Assembly: GCF_009914755.1 (NCBI RefSeq)
Contig: NC_060940.1
From: the human T2T-CHM13v2.0 reference genome, Homo sapiens
Length of the DNA stretch: 64,000 nt
Strand: one strand, 5' to 3'
The translations under genes were made by a program, and so were the position numbers. Below are positions 1-12,984 of this stretch, piece after piece (position 1 is the stretch's first letter; each line of letters opens with the position of its first letter). The notes under the pieces were generated by a model. It ran no database searches. It saw only the letters and a list, made by a program, of their open reading frames with translations, and was not told where the DNA came from.

Positions 1-1133
1 CCCTGCTCTCTGAGCTCGTATCCTAGTGGGCCCAGACCACACCCACTGAACACATGGTAACTCCAGGCAGAGCCCAGCTGTCCTGCAGCCTTGCAGCCCA
101 GGGTCCGTCCGTTGGGTGGAGAACCTGCTCCACCACTGGCTCCTCCTCCATCCCCAGATGTGTCCCCCCGAGTCCCTCGAGCTGTCCCAGGGACCCTGAC
201 TGCAGGGAGACTCCCCAGCTTCCACCCTTCCATGGCCCTGTGGTTCCTGGGGTGCAATCTGGCCTCTCCTGATCCTCAGTCTGTCCCTCTCTCCTTGCTC
301 TGGAACTTTCTACCTGCATCTGGAGTTAATTTCTCTCCCATCTCCCCGGCCTTCGGGCCATCCCCAGAGGCAGTCCCACCTGGAAGGCACATTCAAATCA
401 CCTGGGAAGTTAAATAAACTACCCAGAGTGCTGGCCACGTGCAGACCAATGAAGGCAGAATCTCTGGGCCTCAGGCCTGGTGATTCCTTGTTCCCAGAGC
501 CGAGACTTCCCCAGGCCCTCTTGCACTGTCTGCACTGCTGCCCCCCTCCTTCAGGTTTCCCTCTGGTCCTCAGGTCCCCTGGCTGGGGCTTATCCTCAGC
601 CCCGGCAACACGGCCTACAGCTGAGCCTCCAGCTCACAGCATGGGATTCCCACCTTTCTCCTGACTCACCTCTCCTTCCACGCCCAGGTATCCACCTGGG
701 CAGCCACGCTTCCTGGCCTCAGCACACATTCTGAGCTGTCCTTGGAGGGATTTTGGTGGCTCTGGCCAATATCCTTTGGGGCACTTTATCTCAGTGTGGC
801 TGTGGCTCTGTTCCAGGCAGGCCCTGGCTAGCTGACTGGTGTCCTGTGGGCCCCACGCTGAGGGCATTACTGGACCCCCTTCTCGCCAGGATGGATGGAC
901 GTGTCTGTGAATGGTGGGTCTTGCATTACCACCCCCTCCTCTGCAGCCTCAGTTTCCTCATCTGTGGTCTGAGTTCGTGCTGAAGATGAAGGTAGGCCAC
1001 CCTGCACACCATTGCCTGGTCTCTTCAACAGGTGTCACTGTGGGGTAAAGTTGGGGTAAACAGGAGGGTAGGAGATGGTTCTAGGGTAAAAAGCCTGTAG
1101 AGGTTCTTATGAAGTTACGTTGCCTTAGGGTTC

Positions 1134-1678
1134 TTTTTTTTTTTTTTTTTTTCAGACAGTCTTGCTATGTTGCCTAGGCTGGAGTGCAGTGGCATGATCT
1201 CAGCTCATTACAACCTCTGCCCCCTGGTTCAAACAATTCTACCTCAGCATGCCGAGTAGCTGGGATTATAGGCAGGCACCACCACACCTAGCTTTTTTTT
1301 TTTTGAGATGGAGTCTCACTCTGTCACCCAGCCTGGAGCGCAGTGGCGTGGTCTTGGCTCACTGCCAACCTCCACCTCCCAGGTTCAAGTGATTCTCCCA
1401 TCTCAACCTCCCGAGTAGCTGGGACTACAGGCGTCACCTGGCTAATTTTTGTATTTTTAGTAGAGACAGGGTTTCACTATGTTGGTCAGGCTGGTCTCAA
1501 ACTCCTGACCTCATGATTCACCCACTTTGGCCTCCCAATTTTGGTATTTTTTTAGTAGAGATGGGGTTTCAGTATGTTGGCCAGGCTGGTCTCCAACTCC
1601 TGGCCTTGAGTGATCGGCCTGCCTCGGCCTCCCAGAGTGCTGGGATTACAGGCATGAGACACTGTGTTTGCGCCTGGC
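1134..1678 (-). mobile_element. Nested Alus: outer Alu (1134-1292 + 1536-1678) interrupted in its A-rich linker by a second, 5'-truncated Alu (1293-1535)
   Basis: Two poly-T tails followed by two right arms, then two left-arm segments (GTAGAGACAGGGTTTC..., GTAGAGATGGGGTTTC...), ending CGCCTGGCC. Confidence 0.9.
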
Positions 1679-1691
1679 CCTTGGGATCCGT

Positions 1692-2192
1692 TTGAAATAT
1701 AAGTTGGACTTTCCTCTACCAGAGGCAGGGCTCGGCCACCCTTGACACAGTTTCCAGTTCTCCACCCGCTCCAGTTCCACAGTAAGATGGATCCAGACAT
1801 CTGTGTCATACAACTCCCTCCTGGGGACCACCCCACTATGGGACAGCTAGATGCAGCCTGTTTGACTGCCTCCTGACCCCAACACCCAGCATGACTATGA
1901 CTGTGCAGATTTTCAATGACTGCCTCTCAGTCACTGTGTGACCTCCTGGGACCCGTGCCTGCTTGCTCCAAACCCACTACTTAAAACCCTCTGCTGGAAA
2001 CCTGTTTGGATGATAGTCAAGGCGTGGCCCCATGTCCCTTCCTCGCTCCAGGCGCTCCCTGACCTCCATGCATGTGGCCTCTGGGAATGCTGTGTACTCT
2101 CAGGACGTGTAAGTAATGCAATCCTCTCTGTCTTGTGTCTCTCCTGATGATTGGGGAGGTGCTCTTCATCTGAAGGATCTTAAGTCAAATCA
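1692..2192 (+). mobile_element. ERVL-class solo LTR, MER74-like
   Basis: Recognised motifs ACCAGAGGCAGGGCTCGGCCACCCTTGACACAGTTTCCAGTTCTCC and CTATGGGACAGCTAGATGCAGCC; boundaries approximate. Confidence 0.7.
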
Positions 2193-2199
2193 GAGACGT

Positions 2200-3404
2200 A
2201 ACAGCCAAATACGGCGTTCAGTTCTTAACTGCATCCTGATTTTAAAACGCAGCCATAAAAGATATTTGGGGAACAACTGGGGGAAATTTGAATATGGACT
2301 GGGTATCAGACTGAAACGGGAAAAGCTCCCTTATCCCCCTCGCAGAGTGTGCGTTGGGAATGTGGCCCACTTCTTTAGTGCCCTGCTGCTCAAACCTCTA
2401 GGGAGAGCAGGCAGACGGGCAGGTTGTGGGGATCCAACCGCACAGCAGCGTCTAGGGGTGAAGGCTTACAGCTCCTGAAGCCCCAGTGGGCCTGTGTTAC
2501 AGGGTGCTCTTTTAGTTTTGCCATCTGCAGATGGCTTGTGCTCATCAGCTCAATTAGACCCTCTGCCTTATTGCAAGGACGAAGGGCTTTCTGAATCCCG
2601 GGGTTCTTGCCTTGGTGTACCAGAAAAATCAGATCACATGTGGGCTTGGAGAATGAGTGCAAGGTTTCACCGAATGGTGAAAGTAGCTCTCAGCAGATGG
2701 ATGGGGAGCCAGAAGAGGGAGTGGGAAGGTGTCCCTGGAGTCCGGCTGCTCGGCGGCTGGACTGTCCTCCCACCATCCCAGCCAAATTCCTGTCGGCGTC
2801 TATGTTGTTCGCCAGTCGATGGCCTGCCGGTGCCTGCCAGTGCCTGTTGGTGTGCTCTTCCGCCGGTGCGTTCCTCTCGACGTCCACCCACTTGTGTCTG
2901 TGCCCGCCAGCGTCTTGAGGTTTTTATAGACACAGGAAGGCGGTGTGGTGGGCCAGGGAGGTCTTGGAAAATGCAACATTGGGGCATGAAAACAGAAATG
3001 CTTGTCCTTATCTAGGTCCGTGGGCACAGGCCTGGGGGTGGAGCCCTCACCAGAGGCAACACCCTTCTCTACTCAGCACTTCCCTGCCCCCCTCCCATAT
3101 CAAGATGACATGAGGGAATTATTGTTAATTTTGCTGGGTGAGCTAATAGCAGTATGGTCACACAGAAGAATGCCTTTGTGTTTTTGGAGATGACTGCCAT
3201 AGGATCTAGGGCTGAAGCGTCGGGATGTCTGTGAGATACCTTGATATGTGTTAGCAATTTCTATTTAACCATCTATCTGCTTAGCAGATATTTGACAAAA
3301 AGCTAAGAGCTGTTGAGTCTATGTTGTGGCTCTATGAGATTCACGTGATTTTATTTCTGACTTTCTCTCCGTTTGGAAATTTTCATAATAAAAATTTAAA
3401 AATT
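2200..3404 (+). mobile_element. Old L1M (MC/ME-type) 3' UTR fragment split by the ERV1 LTR
   Basis: GGGAAATTTGAATATGGACTGGGTAT before the LTR; continues to TTTGGAAATTTTCATAATAAAAATTTAAAAA. Confidence 0.6.
2312..3102 (-). mobile_element. ERV1 solo LTR (LTR27/LTR28/MER52 group) inserted into an old L1 3' end
   Basis: TG...CA termini; 4-bp near-TSD AGAC (2308-2311)/AGAT (3103-3106); reverse complement starts TGATATGGGAGGGGGGCAGGGAAGTGCTG. Confidence 0.8.
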
Positions 3405-4200
3405 GAGCGAGGGTGGATAAGCCCCACGGCGAGTGTCTGGCGCACGTGGATTGTTTGGTGAATGGGCGCTGCTGTCTCTAACAAGAGTGGTGGGCTGACC
3501 TGGCCCTTCTTATGCACGTCCCAGCTGAGCCGGGCCACCCTACTCCGCCGCTGGGTCCCAGCCATGACGCTAGGCCACACCTCCAGGGCCCTGCATCCCA
3601 GCATTTGCTTTCAAACGTGTCCTTCTCATAACCTGGGATGCTGTGGCCACACCTCACTCCTGCAGCCCCACTGCCCACCCTGGCAGGTCCTTGTGTCTCC
3701 AGCTATCCTGGAAGCAGCCTCAGACCCCCAGGGGTGGTGGAGCCAGGGAGTCCCAGCGGGGCCGGCACCTCTTCCTCCCTGGCACATTCAGATGTCAGTG
3801 TTTGAGAAGTGCTTTCCTCTCCTGGGGGTGGGTGGTTGGAAAGTGCTGATGGGAATCAGGTAATAACAGCCCCACTGCCTCCCAGACAGGGAGGGGTGGG
3901 AGCCATGGGGGACTTTGGGAGCTGCTGCAGGTCAGGCAGAGAAAGAGGGCAAGGGGTGTGATGAGGAGGGCAGCAAGATGAGGGCAGCCTCCACCTGGGA
4001 TGAGCTTCTGTGGAGGTCGGGGCCTGGAGCTGCCCTGGGGTAGGTGCCCGGCACTAGCCCAGTGCTGGCTGTGGTCAATACTCAGAGGTCACTCACGGAG
4101 GGGATAGGGCAGGGCTTGAGCGTGGGCTCTGGAATATGGTAGTCTGGGCTGGAGTCCCAGCTGGGCGAACTACTCAGTCGCTTTGTGCCTCAGTTTCCCA

Positions 4201-4567
4201 TTTGTGGGGTGGGAACAGGGTCATGTCACACGTATTTCATACGGTTATTGTGGGCATTAGGCACAGTAACCGAAGTTTCAGGAGTGGAACGTTACGTGTG
4301 AGTAGACGTTAGCACAGTCTCTCGTTTGTGGGGTGGGAACAGGGTCTTGTCACAGGTATTTCATACAGTTATTGTGGGCATTAGACACAGTAACCGAAGT
4401 TTCAGGAGTGGAACCGCTACGTGGAAGTAGACGTTAGCACAGTCTCTCGTTTGTGGGGTGGGAACAGGGTCATGTCACACGTATTTCATACAGTTATTGT
4501 GGGGATTAGACACAAATAACTGAAGTTTTGGGAGTGGAACTGCTACGTGGAAGTAGGCGTGAGCACT
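4201..4567. repeat. Tandem triplication of a 124-125-bp MIR-adjacent unit
   Basis: TTTGTGGGGTGGGAACAGGGTC starts at 4201, 4325 and 4450; follows the MIR core GTGCCTCAGTTTCCCAT. Confidence 0.92.
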
Positions 4568-4595
4568 GACATCGTTAACATTATGTCGTCGCTCT

Positions 4596-5190
4596 CAAAA
4601 TGCTAAATGTAGTTGCTCTCGGAGCCAACAATTCCCCTTCTGGGTTTCTGGGAGATGCGAAAACAAGAGGAACGCAAATATCCATCGTCCCAGAAACTCG
4701 TCTGGGAATGTTCACTGCAGAACTACTCACAATAGCCCAAAGTGGAAGCAGCCCAAATGGCCACCAGCAGGTGAATGAATAAACAAAGATGTGGCAAATC
4801 CCTGCCGTGGAATATTACTCAGCCATGAAAAGGAATGAACACGCACTACAACACACATGAACCTTGAAATACTGATGCTCAGTGAGAGAAACCAGACACA
4901 AAAGGCCACAAGCTGTGTGATTCTATTTCTATGAAATGTCCAGAACAGGTCAATATGTAGAGACAGAGGCAGATGTGTGATCACCAGCGCCCAAGGATTT
5001 GGGGGTTTGGAGTGACGGTGAATGGGTCCAGGGTTTCTTTCTGGGGTGATGAAAATGCTCTAAAATTGGACAGTGCTGATGGCTGCACAAGTCTGTGAAT
5101 GTACTGAAAACCACTGTTTTGTACACTTTAAATGGGTGACGCTTACGGTATATACATTTAGGACTCAATAAAGCCATTGTTTAAAAAGAA
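4596..5190 (+). mobile_element. L1MB-type 3' end
   Basis: GGAATATTACTCAGCCATGAAAAGGAATGAA, AGTGAGAGAAACCAGACACAAAAGGCCACA, terminal CTCAATAAAGC...AAAAAGAA. Confidence 0.85.
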
Positions 5191-6429
5191 GGGCATTGGA
5201 ATACATTGCTATCATATTTATTAATATATTATGTCTTAATTATTAATATATAATTATAATTTAACAATATACAGTTTTACGGTTAATACAATAAGGTATT
5301 AATATAGTTAATATGTAATATAATATATGCTATATAGCATATGTGAAAGCAATAATCTGTTAGTTTTATAAAATAAATATTGGTTTAAAGTAGTTGAAAT
5401 TGCCATTTCTCTACATCCTGAATGGACAAACAGTGGCAATTTTGTGTGGTTCAACCTTATGTATTTTCCTTTTTTATTATTTGATGATAAGCATTGCTGT
5501 TTGGCTAATGCTATCATTTTGGGGTACTGCTGTGTGGCAGGCACTGGGCTGTTTTCCCCAGCACGGATGTCCTTTGCAGTGATTGTCTGGGATGCCCTGC
5601 TGGTCCCAGGCTGCAGAGTGAGTGGTGGATGTGGCTTAGCCAGGGACAGGGGCTGTGGGGTTCGGTTGGGAGCCATGGGTGGCCCCAGAGTTGGGCTTCA
5701 AGGCTGGGTTTCACTCCGTGCTGTGTACAGGAGCCTGTGGAGCAGTGTGTGAAAGCCCAGAGCCCAAGTCAGCAGGTCTGGGTGGCCTGAGACGGCGTTT
5801 CTCGCAGGTCCCCAGCGAGGTCGGTGCAGCTACTGTGGCCACTCTGGCCTCTGCTGTAAAGGAAGTGCCCTCCCTGCCTCCTGTTCCTCCAGGCGACCAA
5901 TGTGCTGAGCCATTGCCCGCCTGACCGGGTCCCGGCTCGAGCTCACGGATGCTGCCTGCCCCTAGGTGCAAGCTGGTGGCCTCTGACACTGGGGCCAGGG
6001 GCCAGCTGTTCTCTATTTGTCATGACCACCGAAGCCAGAGGGAGGCAGGGCCTCTTCCTGAGAGGAAGCTGCATGAGGGCGGTGGGTGGCCTTGGACACC
6101 GGGGCCTCTGCCCAGCACGCCGGGCCCAGTCTGGCCGGATTTGGGGTAGGCAAGGGGGACAGGCAAGCAGGGCAGCAGACGGTGACTGGGCAGAGTTTAG
6201 AAGAAGCCGGGTGAGAGTCTGAGATGCGGAGAGGAAGCCCACCCCCACCCTGCGTGCTCAGAAACTTCCAGAAGGCTGTTTACTCCCCTGGTGCAGCTTC
6301 CCACAAGGGCCACCTCTATGTGCGTGGCCAGGTGGGAGCCAGGACACACAAGCTGAGCCTGGCCTGAGAGTCAGGGAGAGGCTGTGGCCAGGACAGCGCT
6401 CGGAGGCTCAGGGCACTGACACCAAGAGT

Positions 6430-6760
6430 TCCTGTGACACCACCTCAAAGCTTAGCACTGAAAACAGCAGCCGTGTAATTGATTTTCTCATTATTCTGCA
6501 ATTTGGGTAGGGTTTGGAGGGATGGTGTGTTACAGCTCCACTTGGCCTCAGCTGAGGCTGGGGCTGGGCGGGGACTCAGCCGAGGCTGTCAGCTGGAGCG
6601 GGCGGGCTCAGTTCTTCTGCACATGGCCTCTCCACATGCCCAGGTTGGGCCTCCTCAAAGTATGGGGACCTTGGGGACTGGCAGACAAGGCATGACTTCC
6701 ACCACACTCCCCCCGTGAGTAGCAGTTCACAGGCAGCCCAGGTCCAAGGGGAGGGACCTA
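6430..6760 (-). mobile_element. Degraded MaLR LTR (MLT1 family)
   Basis: CTGCACATGGCCTCTCCACATG...GGGCCTCCTCA...CAGCCCAGGTCCAAGGGGAGGG. Confidence 0.55.
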
Positions 6761-7534
6761 TGTGACCTTGGGCAAGCTGCTGAACCTCTGATTCTCAGCT
6801 TCTCATCCAGTTTCCTGCCTAGCTACAGCTGCATTCTTAGTGCCTAGAACCAGGCTCCACAGATAATAGGTGCCCAATAAAGAGACGGTGCAGAGCAATG
6901 GAATGGGCAAACCAGGTCATTCTTTAACTGTGCGGGCTGCATAGGATCACTGCAAGGATTCAGTGTAGGGAAGCGTATAAAGCGCTTAGTACTTCAGTAC
7001 CTGGCCAAAGCACAGTGCCCGGTCAAGGTTAGTGCTTGTTTCTCAAAAGCACCCAGCCATGTGAGGCACAGCACCTGTGACAGGTGGCGAGGCGAGCCTT
7101 GCTGTAGGTCGCCCTAGATACCTGGTCAGGGGTAAGGTGGGTGCTGCTCCCCTTTTTGGCAGCCTGGGCCATTTGTTCAGAACCCAGAGGTGGGGCCAGG
7201 TCTGAGTCAGTCTTCTCTCTTTCCTCTGGGCCATAGCAGGAGGGGGCAGCTCTGGAGAGCAATGGCAGCCAGGCAAGTGGGGAAACGGCTGATGCCCAGA
7301 AGGCAGATCTTCCTGCTTTGTGAAAGCAGGAGCTGAGAGAATTCCTTGTCCTTCAGCACAGAGCCACCAACCTCGGACACCTTCCCCCATGGTCCCCGCT
7401 GAGAGCAGCTGCCCATTTGGTGTAGAGTCAAATCACTGCTCAGGGGCCTTGACCAGTTCATTAGCCTCATCTGTGAAATGGGAGGAGAGAGAGTTCTCAC
7501 TGTGGGGGCTGCTGCGTGGGTGCGGTCATGCATG

Positions 7535-7974
7535 CGAGTGTCCTGTGGCCCTTGTAACAAATGACCCTAAACTTGGTGCTTAAAACAGCAAGAATTTATT
7601 ATTTCACAGGCCTGGAGGCCGGACGTCTGAAAACCAGGTGTCTGCTGGGTGGTGCTTGCTCCGAAGGCCCTGGGGGCGGCTCCTTCCTCCCTCTTCCAGC
7701 TCCAGGTGCCTGATGGCTTCCTCAGTGCTCCTTAGCTGGTGACAGCACTGCCCAGCCTCTGCTTCCGCCGTTACCTCGCCTTCTCTGTGTGTGTATGTGT
7801 TTCTCTATGGACTTCCTGTAAGGACACCAGTCTCAGATTTAGGGCCCAGCCTCCTCCACTATGACCTCCTCTTAACTAATTACATCCGCAGTCGTGGCCC
7901 TAGCTCCCCAAAAGGCTGCATTCTGATGTTCCAGATGGACACGCATTTGGAGGGACACCATTCAACCCAGCACA
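7535..7974 (-). mobile_element. MaLR LTR (MLT1B/C-like)
   Basis: TGTAACAAATGACCCTAAACTTGGTGCTTAAAACAGCAAGAATTTATT ... GGGACACCATTCAACCCAGCACA. Confidence 0.85.
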
Positions 7975-8264
7975 AAGGGCTGCTCGGCTGGTCAGGGCTC
8001 CCCAGTCAGACCTGCTGTCGCCACTGCTATGATTAAAGCTGGGGAAGCTGGACTTCACTAGATGATCTCCCAGGTCCTCCTGGTTCCCGGAAGCTCTGGG
8101 ATTCCTGTTTGTATTCTTGCCCCACCCTAGCCTCCCACTGTGGTCCCATCCTCAAGGAGTCCCTCAATTCACAAAAGCCAGAGCATCACCCGGAGATGGA
8201 GTGATTCTCTCCAATATTTACTGGGACCTAACTCTGATTTAAATGTCCACGGGGGCTGTTGAGA

Positions 8265-8725
8265 TGGCCCCTGACCATCTCTCTCCCCGCTTCCCCTCTG
8301 TCCCTCTGTCCCAGACATGTTGGCCCTCTCTTACACTCCTTTCAACCAGTCAAAAACACCCCATCCTCCAAGCGTTTGCACCGGCTGTTTCCTCTGCCAG
8401 GAGCACTCTTCCCCCAGACCGCCAGGTGACTCCCGCTCTCCCTGCATTCAGATCTTGGCTCAGAGTTGCCTGCCTGCCCCCCTGCCCCCACCACACAGCA
8501 TCAGCCATCACCCCGACCACTCCGTACCTGCCTCAGAGATTTATTTTTCGCAGCATTTACAACCACCTGGCTTTTTTGTTAATTGCTTTGTTAATTTGCT
8601 GATCGTCTGTGGCCCCAACTAGAACAGGCAGCCTCCACGGGGCGGGGTTTACTCCGTCCAGGCCACAGCTGCATACCCCGTGCCTAGAACAGGGCTCAGC
8701 AGACAGCAGTGGCCCAATAAAGGCG
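8265..8725 (+). mobile_element. L2 3' fragment
   Basis: TTTGCACCGGCTGTTTCCTCTGCCAGGAGCACTCTTCCCCCAGA ... GTGCCTAGAACAGGGCTCAGCAGACAGCAGTGGCCCAATAAA. Confidence 0.7.
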
Positions 8726-8930
8726 CGATTATAGTTTAAAAGCAGTTCTGGGTTCTGGGTAGCTGTTAGTTTTTCAGAAAATACAAATCCAGCTGCTATA
8801 AAAAGCACAAATCCTATCACGCTGGATCTGAACTGGATCTGAAATAATATTGGGGATCGCCAAGGGGCTCAGATATTTCTTTAAGTCGCCCGTGAGCAAG
8901 AACCATCAACTTGGCCACATCCTCGTTTGT

Positions 8931-8945
8931 CCAGCAGAGGGCAGC
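8931..8945 (+). promoter_or_regulatory. Candidate CTCF binding motif
   Basis: CCAGCAGAGGGCAGC matches the CTCF core CCASYAGRKGGCRS in non-repetitive sequence. Confidence 0.5.
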
Positions 8946-10124
8946 TGATTCCCAGCCGCTTGGAATTGCTCTGCCCAGAAGGGCTCACTTTTTTTTTCCT
9001 CTTTGAAATTCTGAAATTGATGGGAGATTCAAAAAAAAAAAAAAAAAAATCCCACAGTCCGTGTGAGTGGGGGAAAAAATCACTTGATTTGATGCACAGG
9101 CAATTGGGCAATTGTTTCCTTCTAGGTTTCAAAAAACCTTCTCTCTTTCCAGAATTTTGAAGGACTTGCGGGGGGCGTGGGTTAGATTTTTGATGAGCTC
9201 AGGAATGGACCTCGGTTTCTACAGGTGTTTGAAGGTCTGATGGATCAGGTGCAGCCCAGCAATGCCTGCAGGTGTCATGGTCACGGAATCTGTGGGAGCA
9301 GACCTGCCCTGGAGACACCTGCAGTGAGCCTGGGAGTCACCCCGCTTGCGGAGGGCGGGGAAGGGGGGCACGCAGGAAGCCTGTGCTGTGGGTCTGGTCT
9401 GGTCCTAATTAGCTGTGAGACCTTGGGCAAATCACTTAACCTCTCTGGTCCGTTTACTCTTCCGTTAAATGGGATGCCATATTAACTCCTCTTGAAGTTC
9501 CTTTTAGCACAAAAGTCCAGAGTCAAAGGAGAGGGGAAGGCTCCTAGCCTGGGTGCCTCGGGCAGTACAAGCCTCTGAAAGCTTAATTATGTCGGATATC
9601 GTGGACCTAGGCGGATCTGCAGTTCACCTTTATCTCTGGGTGTGGAGCGGAACTGAGGCTGATTCTTGGCGCTACCACTAACTGGACATGTGATCTGAGG
9701 TCAGTTTGTGTCTCTGAGCCTCAGTTTACCCAGCTACAGGCTGAGGACATAGTCCACCTTTGCAGAGGTGTGAGTTTTCAATGTGATAACAGACAAGGGT
9801 GGACTCTCTCCTCTCACTCGAGAGCCCCCCTCCCACCCTGGCTGCCCCTGCTTGCCCAGGACTGTCCAGGGTTCCCTGACATGCGGCCCCACAGGTCTGG
9901 GTGTGGTCCTAGGGGCTGATGTCTCTCCTCTTCCCCACTTATCAGAATGCCCCCAGCCTGGCCTCTTCCACCTGAGTCCTGTTCTCTGCCTTAATCCAGT
10001 GAGTTCATTTCTCCTCTGACAGCCCCTTGAAAAGGTCAGTGGGGTTCCAGGGAGAGAGTTTGGGGAATTATCTCGGCGTCCACCCTGTGTCTGTAGGTCC
10101 CTCCTGGGGTACAGTGGATCTGCT

Positions 10125-10315
10125 AGTGCTTATGTGAGTGAGTGAGTGTGTATGAGTGTATGAGTGTGCAAGTGTGTGTAGGTGTGTATAAGTGTGTGCA
10201 AGGATGAGTGTGTATAAGTGTGCAAGCATGTGCGAGTGTGTGTATATGAGTATGCAAGTGTGAGCGAGTGTGTGTGCGAGTGAGTCTGCGAGTGTGTGAG
10301 TGAGTGTGAGTGGGA
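10125..10315. repeat. (TG)n/(TGAG)n-like low-complexity tract
   Basis: Degenerate GTGT/GAGT repeats. Confidence 0.9.
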
Positions 10316-12429
10316 TGAGGGGCAGACAGTGGAGAAAAACACAAATCTTTTCTTTTACTGGAGTGAAATTAACATAACATACAATTAACCATTTAAAGCG
10401 TGCAACCCAGTCAACACTCTTTTATCAAAGAGAATTTACAATAGCAGGAAAGCACTGAGAGGCCACCATCGGCCAGGCCCCTGCCAGAAGCTTCGCCACA
10501 CAGTGTCATTTCGTCCTTACTACCTGACTCCAGGAGGAAGGGCGTCAGTGGGTGAGGAATCTAATGCTCAGAGAGGCTGAGCAACTTTCCCAAGAACACC
10601 CATCCAGGACGTGGCGGAGCAAGAATCAAGCCTGGGGTGCTGGAGGTGACTGGGGACACCTGCCTGGCTATGGTTCTGACCCGACTCAGGGGACTTGGGA
10701 AGGGTGGTGGGCAGGCATGGGCGGGGACGGTGGGCAGGGCAGCAGTAGCCCCAGTGAAGTCACTTGACCTCCTCATCCCTTCATTTCCTGCTCTGCCAGA
10801 GAGGAAATGTTTATACAGCGGCCCCACACAGACGCTCCACAGGCCTGGGGTTGCAGTCATTAGCTGAACAATGAGGGCCCGGCCTGTCCCTGGCCCCAGA
10901 GATGGCCTGGGGTCAGGCAGCCGGGCCTGGCTCCTCCTCCACGAATTTGCCTTGTGATCCCACCCTGGGCCTGTTTCTCCATCTGGGAGAGGCAGAGGCT
11001 GAGGGTGCTGGCCTTTGGGACTCCTCTGAGGCCCCCGGCTGGGTGATCCGTCTGGTGGTGACATGTGGGGAGGAGAGTGGTCACGAAAGGGGGATATGTC
11101 AGCAGAGAACTCTCCCCCAGATCCTTATCTCGCACGGTTTAATCATGCGGGTTTCTGATTCAGCTCAACATTTCAACAGCCGCCTAAGAAGTCTCTTCCG
11201 AGTGGCTGGCTTGGTCTTCCATTAGTTGGTGCACTGATGAATGAACCAAGCAAAGGTTTATCCTGCACCTATGGCCAGCTGGCCGTGGGCACCTGTGTGC
11301 ATGTGCGGAGCTGTCCTTAGTGGGTGGCTGTCTGGCCAGGAGCTGTGTTTCCCAGGTGTCTTTGCATCTGGGTGGGAACAGGCCACTGGTTCTTGCTGAG
11401 AGAATGGGTGAGAAGAAGGTGGTTGCTGCTGCTCACCAAGGAAGTGTGTTGTATTCACCACAACTCTCTGTCTTTTCCCCTCTCCTGTCTGAAGACTCTG
11501 ACATCCCCTGGACAGCAAGGCCCCATCTGGAAGAAGCCCAGGCTCTTGAGTCACCATGTGGCAAGGCTAATGTCTGAGAGGGACGTCCACATTGGAAGGG
11601 TCCACGCATGAGACATAAACTTGTGACAGGACATTGAGATTTGGGAGAAACAGAATAGAGGAAAATGATGGGATGTGACAGAGACCCAGTGCTGCCCCTG
11701 GCTGGCGCCCCAGAGCCCATCTACCAGAGAGCACCTTCCTCCAGAAGACGGGAGGAAATTTAAAACTAATCTTATAGCTTCTGTCCACAGAGAACTCAAC
11801 CACACACCCACACACAGTCACAAAACAAGAACAACAGAGCACTTAGGGCCAAACCCTTTACATACATTATCTCATTCAATCCTCACAGTAATCCTACAAC
11901 GTCAGTGCTATGCAGCATTCCCATGTTACGGATGAGGAAGCTGAAGCCCAGAGAGGTTAAGTAACTTGCCCAAGGGCACACAGCCAGCGAGTGGTGGAGC
12001 CTGGAGTCGCCCCATGGTCTGTGAGATGCTGAGAACATGGATAAACCTCAGCGTGCACAGTGGGTACACTTGCCGTGTGTCGTCTTGGTGTAGCAGTTGG
12101 CATTACCTGAATGTATACAGCTACGTGGTGCCAGCCCTGGAAATGCAGCTGCAGATGACACAGAGCCAGTCCCTGCCCTTGGTGGGGATGGGAGAAGGGG
12201 GACACATTCAGTATTTAGGCTGTAGGATCATCAAGATTTTGATTGGTGGGGTAGGTCCATGTTCACCCAGCTGCCTTATATCTGTCAGCCCACCAGAAAG
12301 GTGCCCGGGAGCTGGGACAACTCCAGTTCCTGGAAAGGCAGAGCCCCTACTACATATGTGTCCCAGTATATACATCAGTCTCTTGTGAGTTGAGTTACTA
12401 TGTCTACATACATTGAGTTGGTCCATCCA

Positions 12430-12545
12430 TGAATCAGTATGATCTTAGCAAATTACATCTACAAAGACTCTATTTCTAAATAAGGTTACATTCTGAGGTC
12501 CTGAGTTGGCATAGATTTTGAGGGGACACCATTCAACTCAGTATA
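12430..12545 (-). mobile_element. MLT1 LTR fragment
   Basis: AATTACATCTACAAAGACTCTATTTCTAAATAAGGTTACATTCTGAGGT...GGGGACACCATTCAAC. Confidence 0.75.
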
Positions 12546-12684
12546 TTGTAAAGCTCTCAGGCATAGAGATGCCAACCCCAGCAGTTGGAAGTTACCTGGG
12601 TGCTAATATGTCCAGATCCTGGAATGGTCTTTGTAGGCAGATCCCTGCCAGCATCCACTTGGGCTGGGAGTGAAAGTACAAGGT

Positions 12685-12984
12685 TTTTGTTTGTTGTTTT
12701 TGAGCCAGGGTCTCACTCTGTTGCCTAGGGTGGAGTGCAGTGGCACGATGTCGGCTCACTGTAACCTCCACTCCTGGGTTCAAGCGATTCTCCCACCTCA
12801 GCCTCCCAAGTATAGCTGGGACTACAGGCTCAGGCCACCACACCCGGCTTAATTTTTGTATTTTTTGGTAGAGACGGGGTTTCACCATGTTGGCCAAGCT
12901 GCTCTTGAACTCCTGACCTCAAGCTTTCAGCCTGCCTGGGCCTCTCAAAGTGCTGGGATTACAGGCATGAGCCACAGGCACAAC
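12685..12984 (-). mobile_element. Alu (S/J) inside the inverted-repeat spacer
   Basis: Full dimer; approximate TSD ACAAGGTTTTTG/ACAAGATTTTG. Confidence 0.93.
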
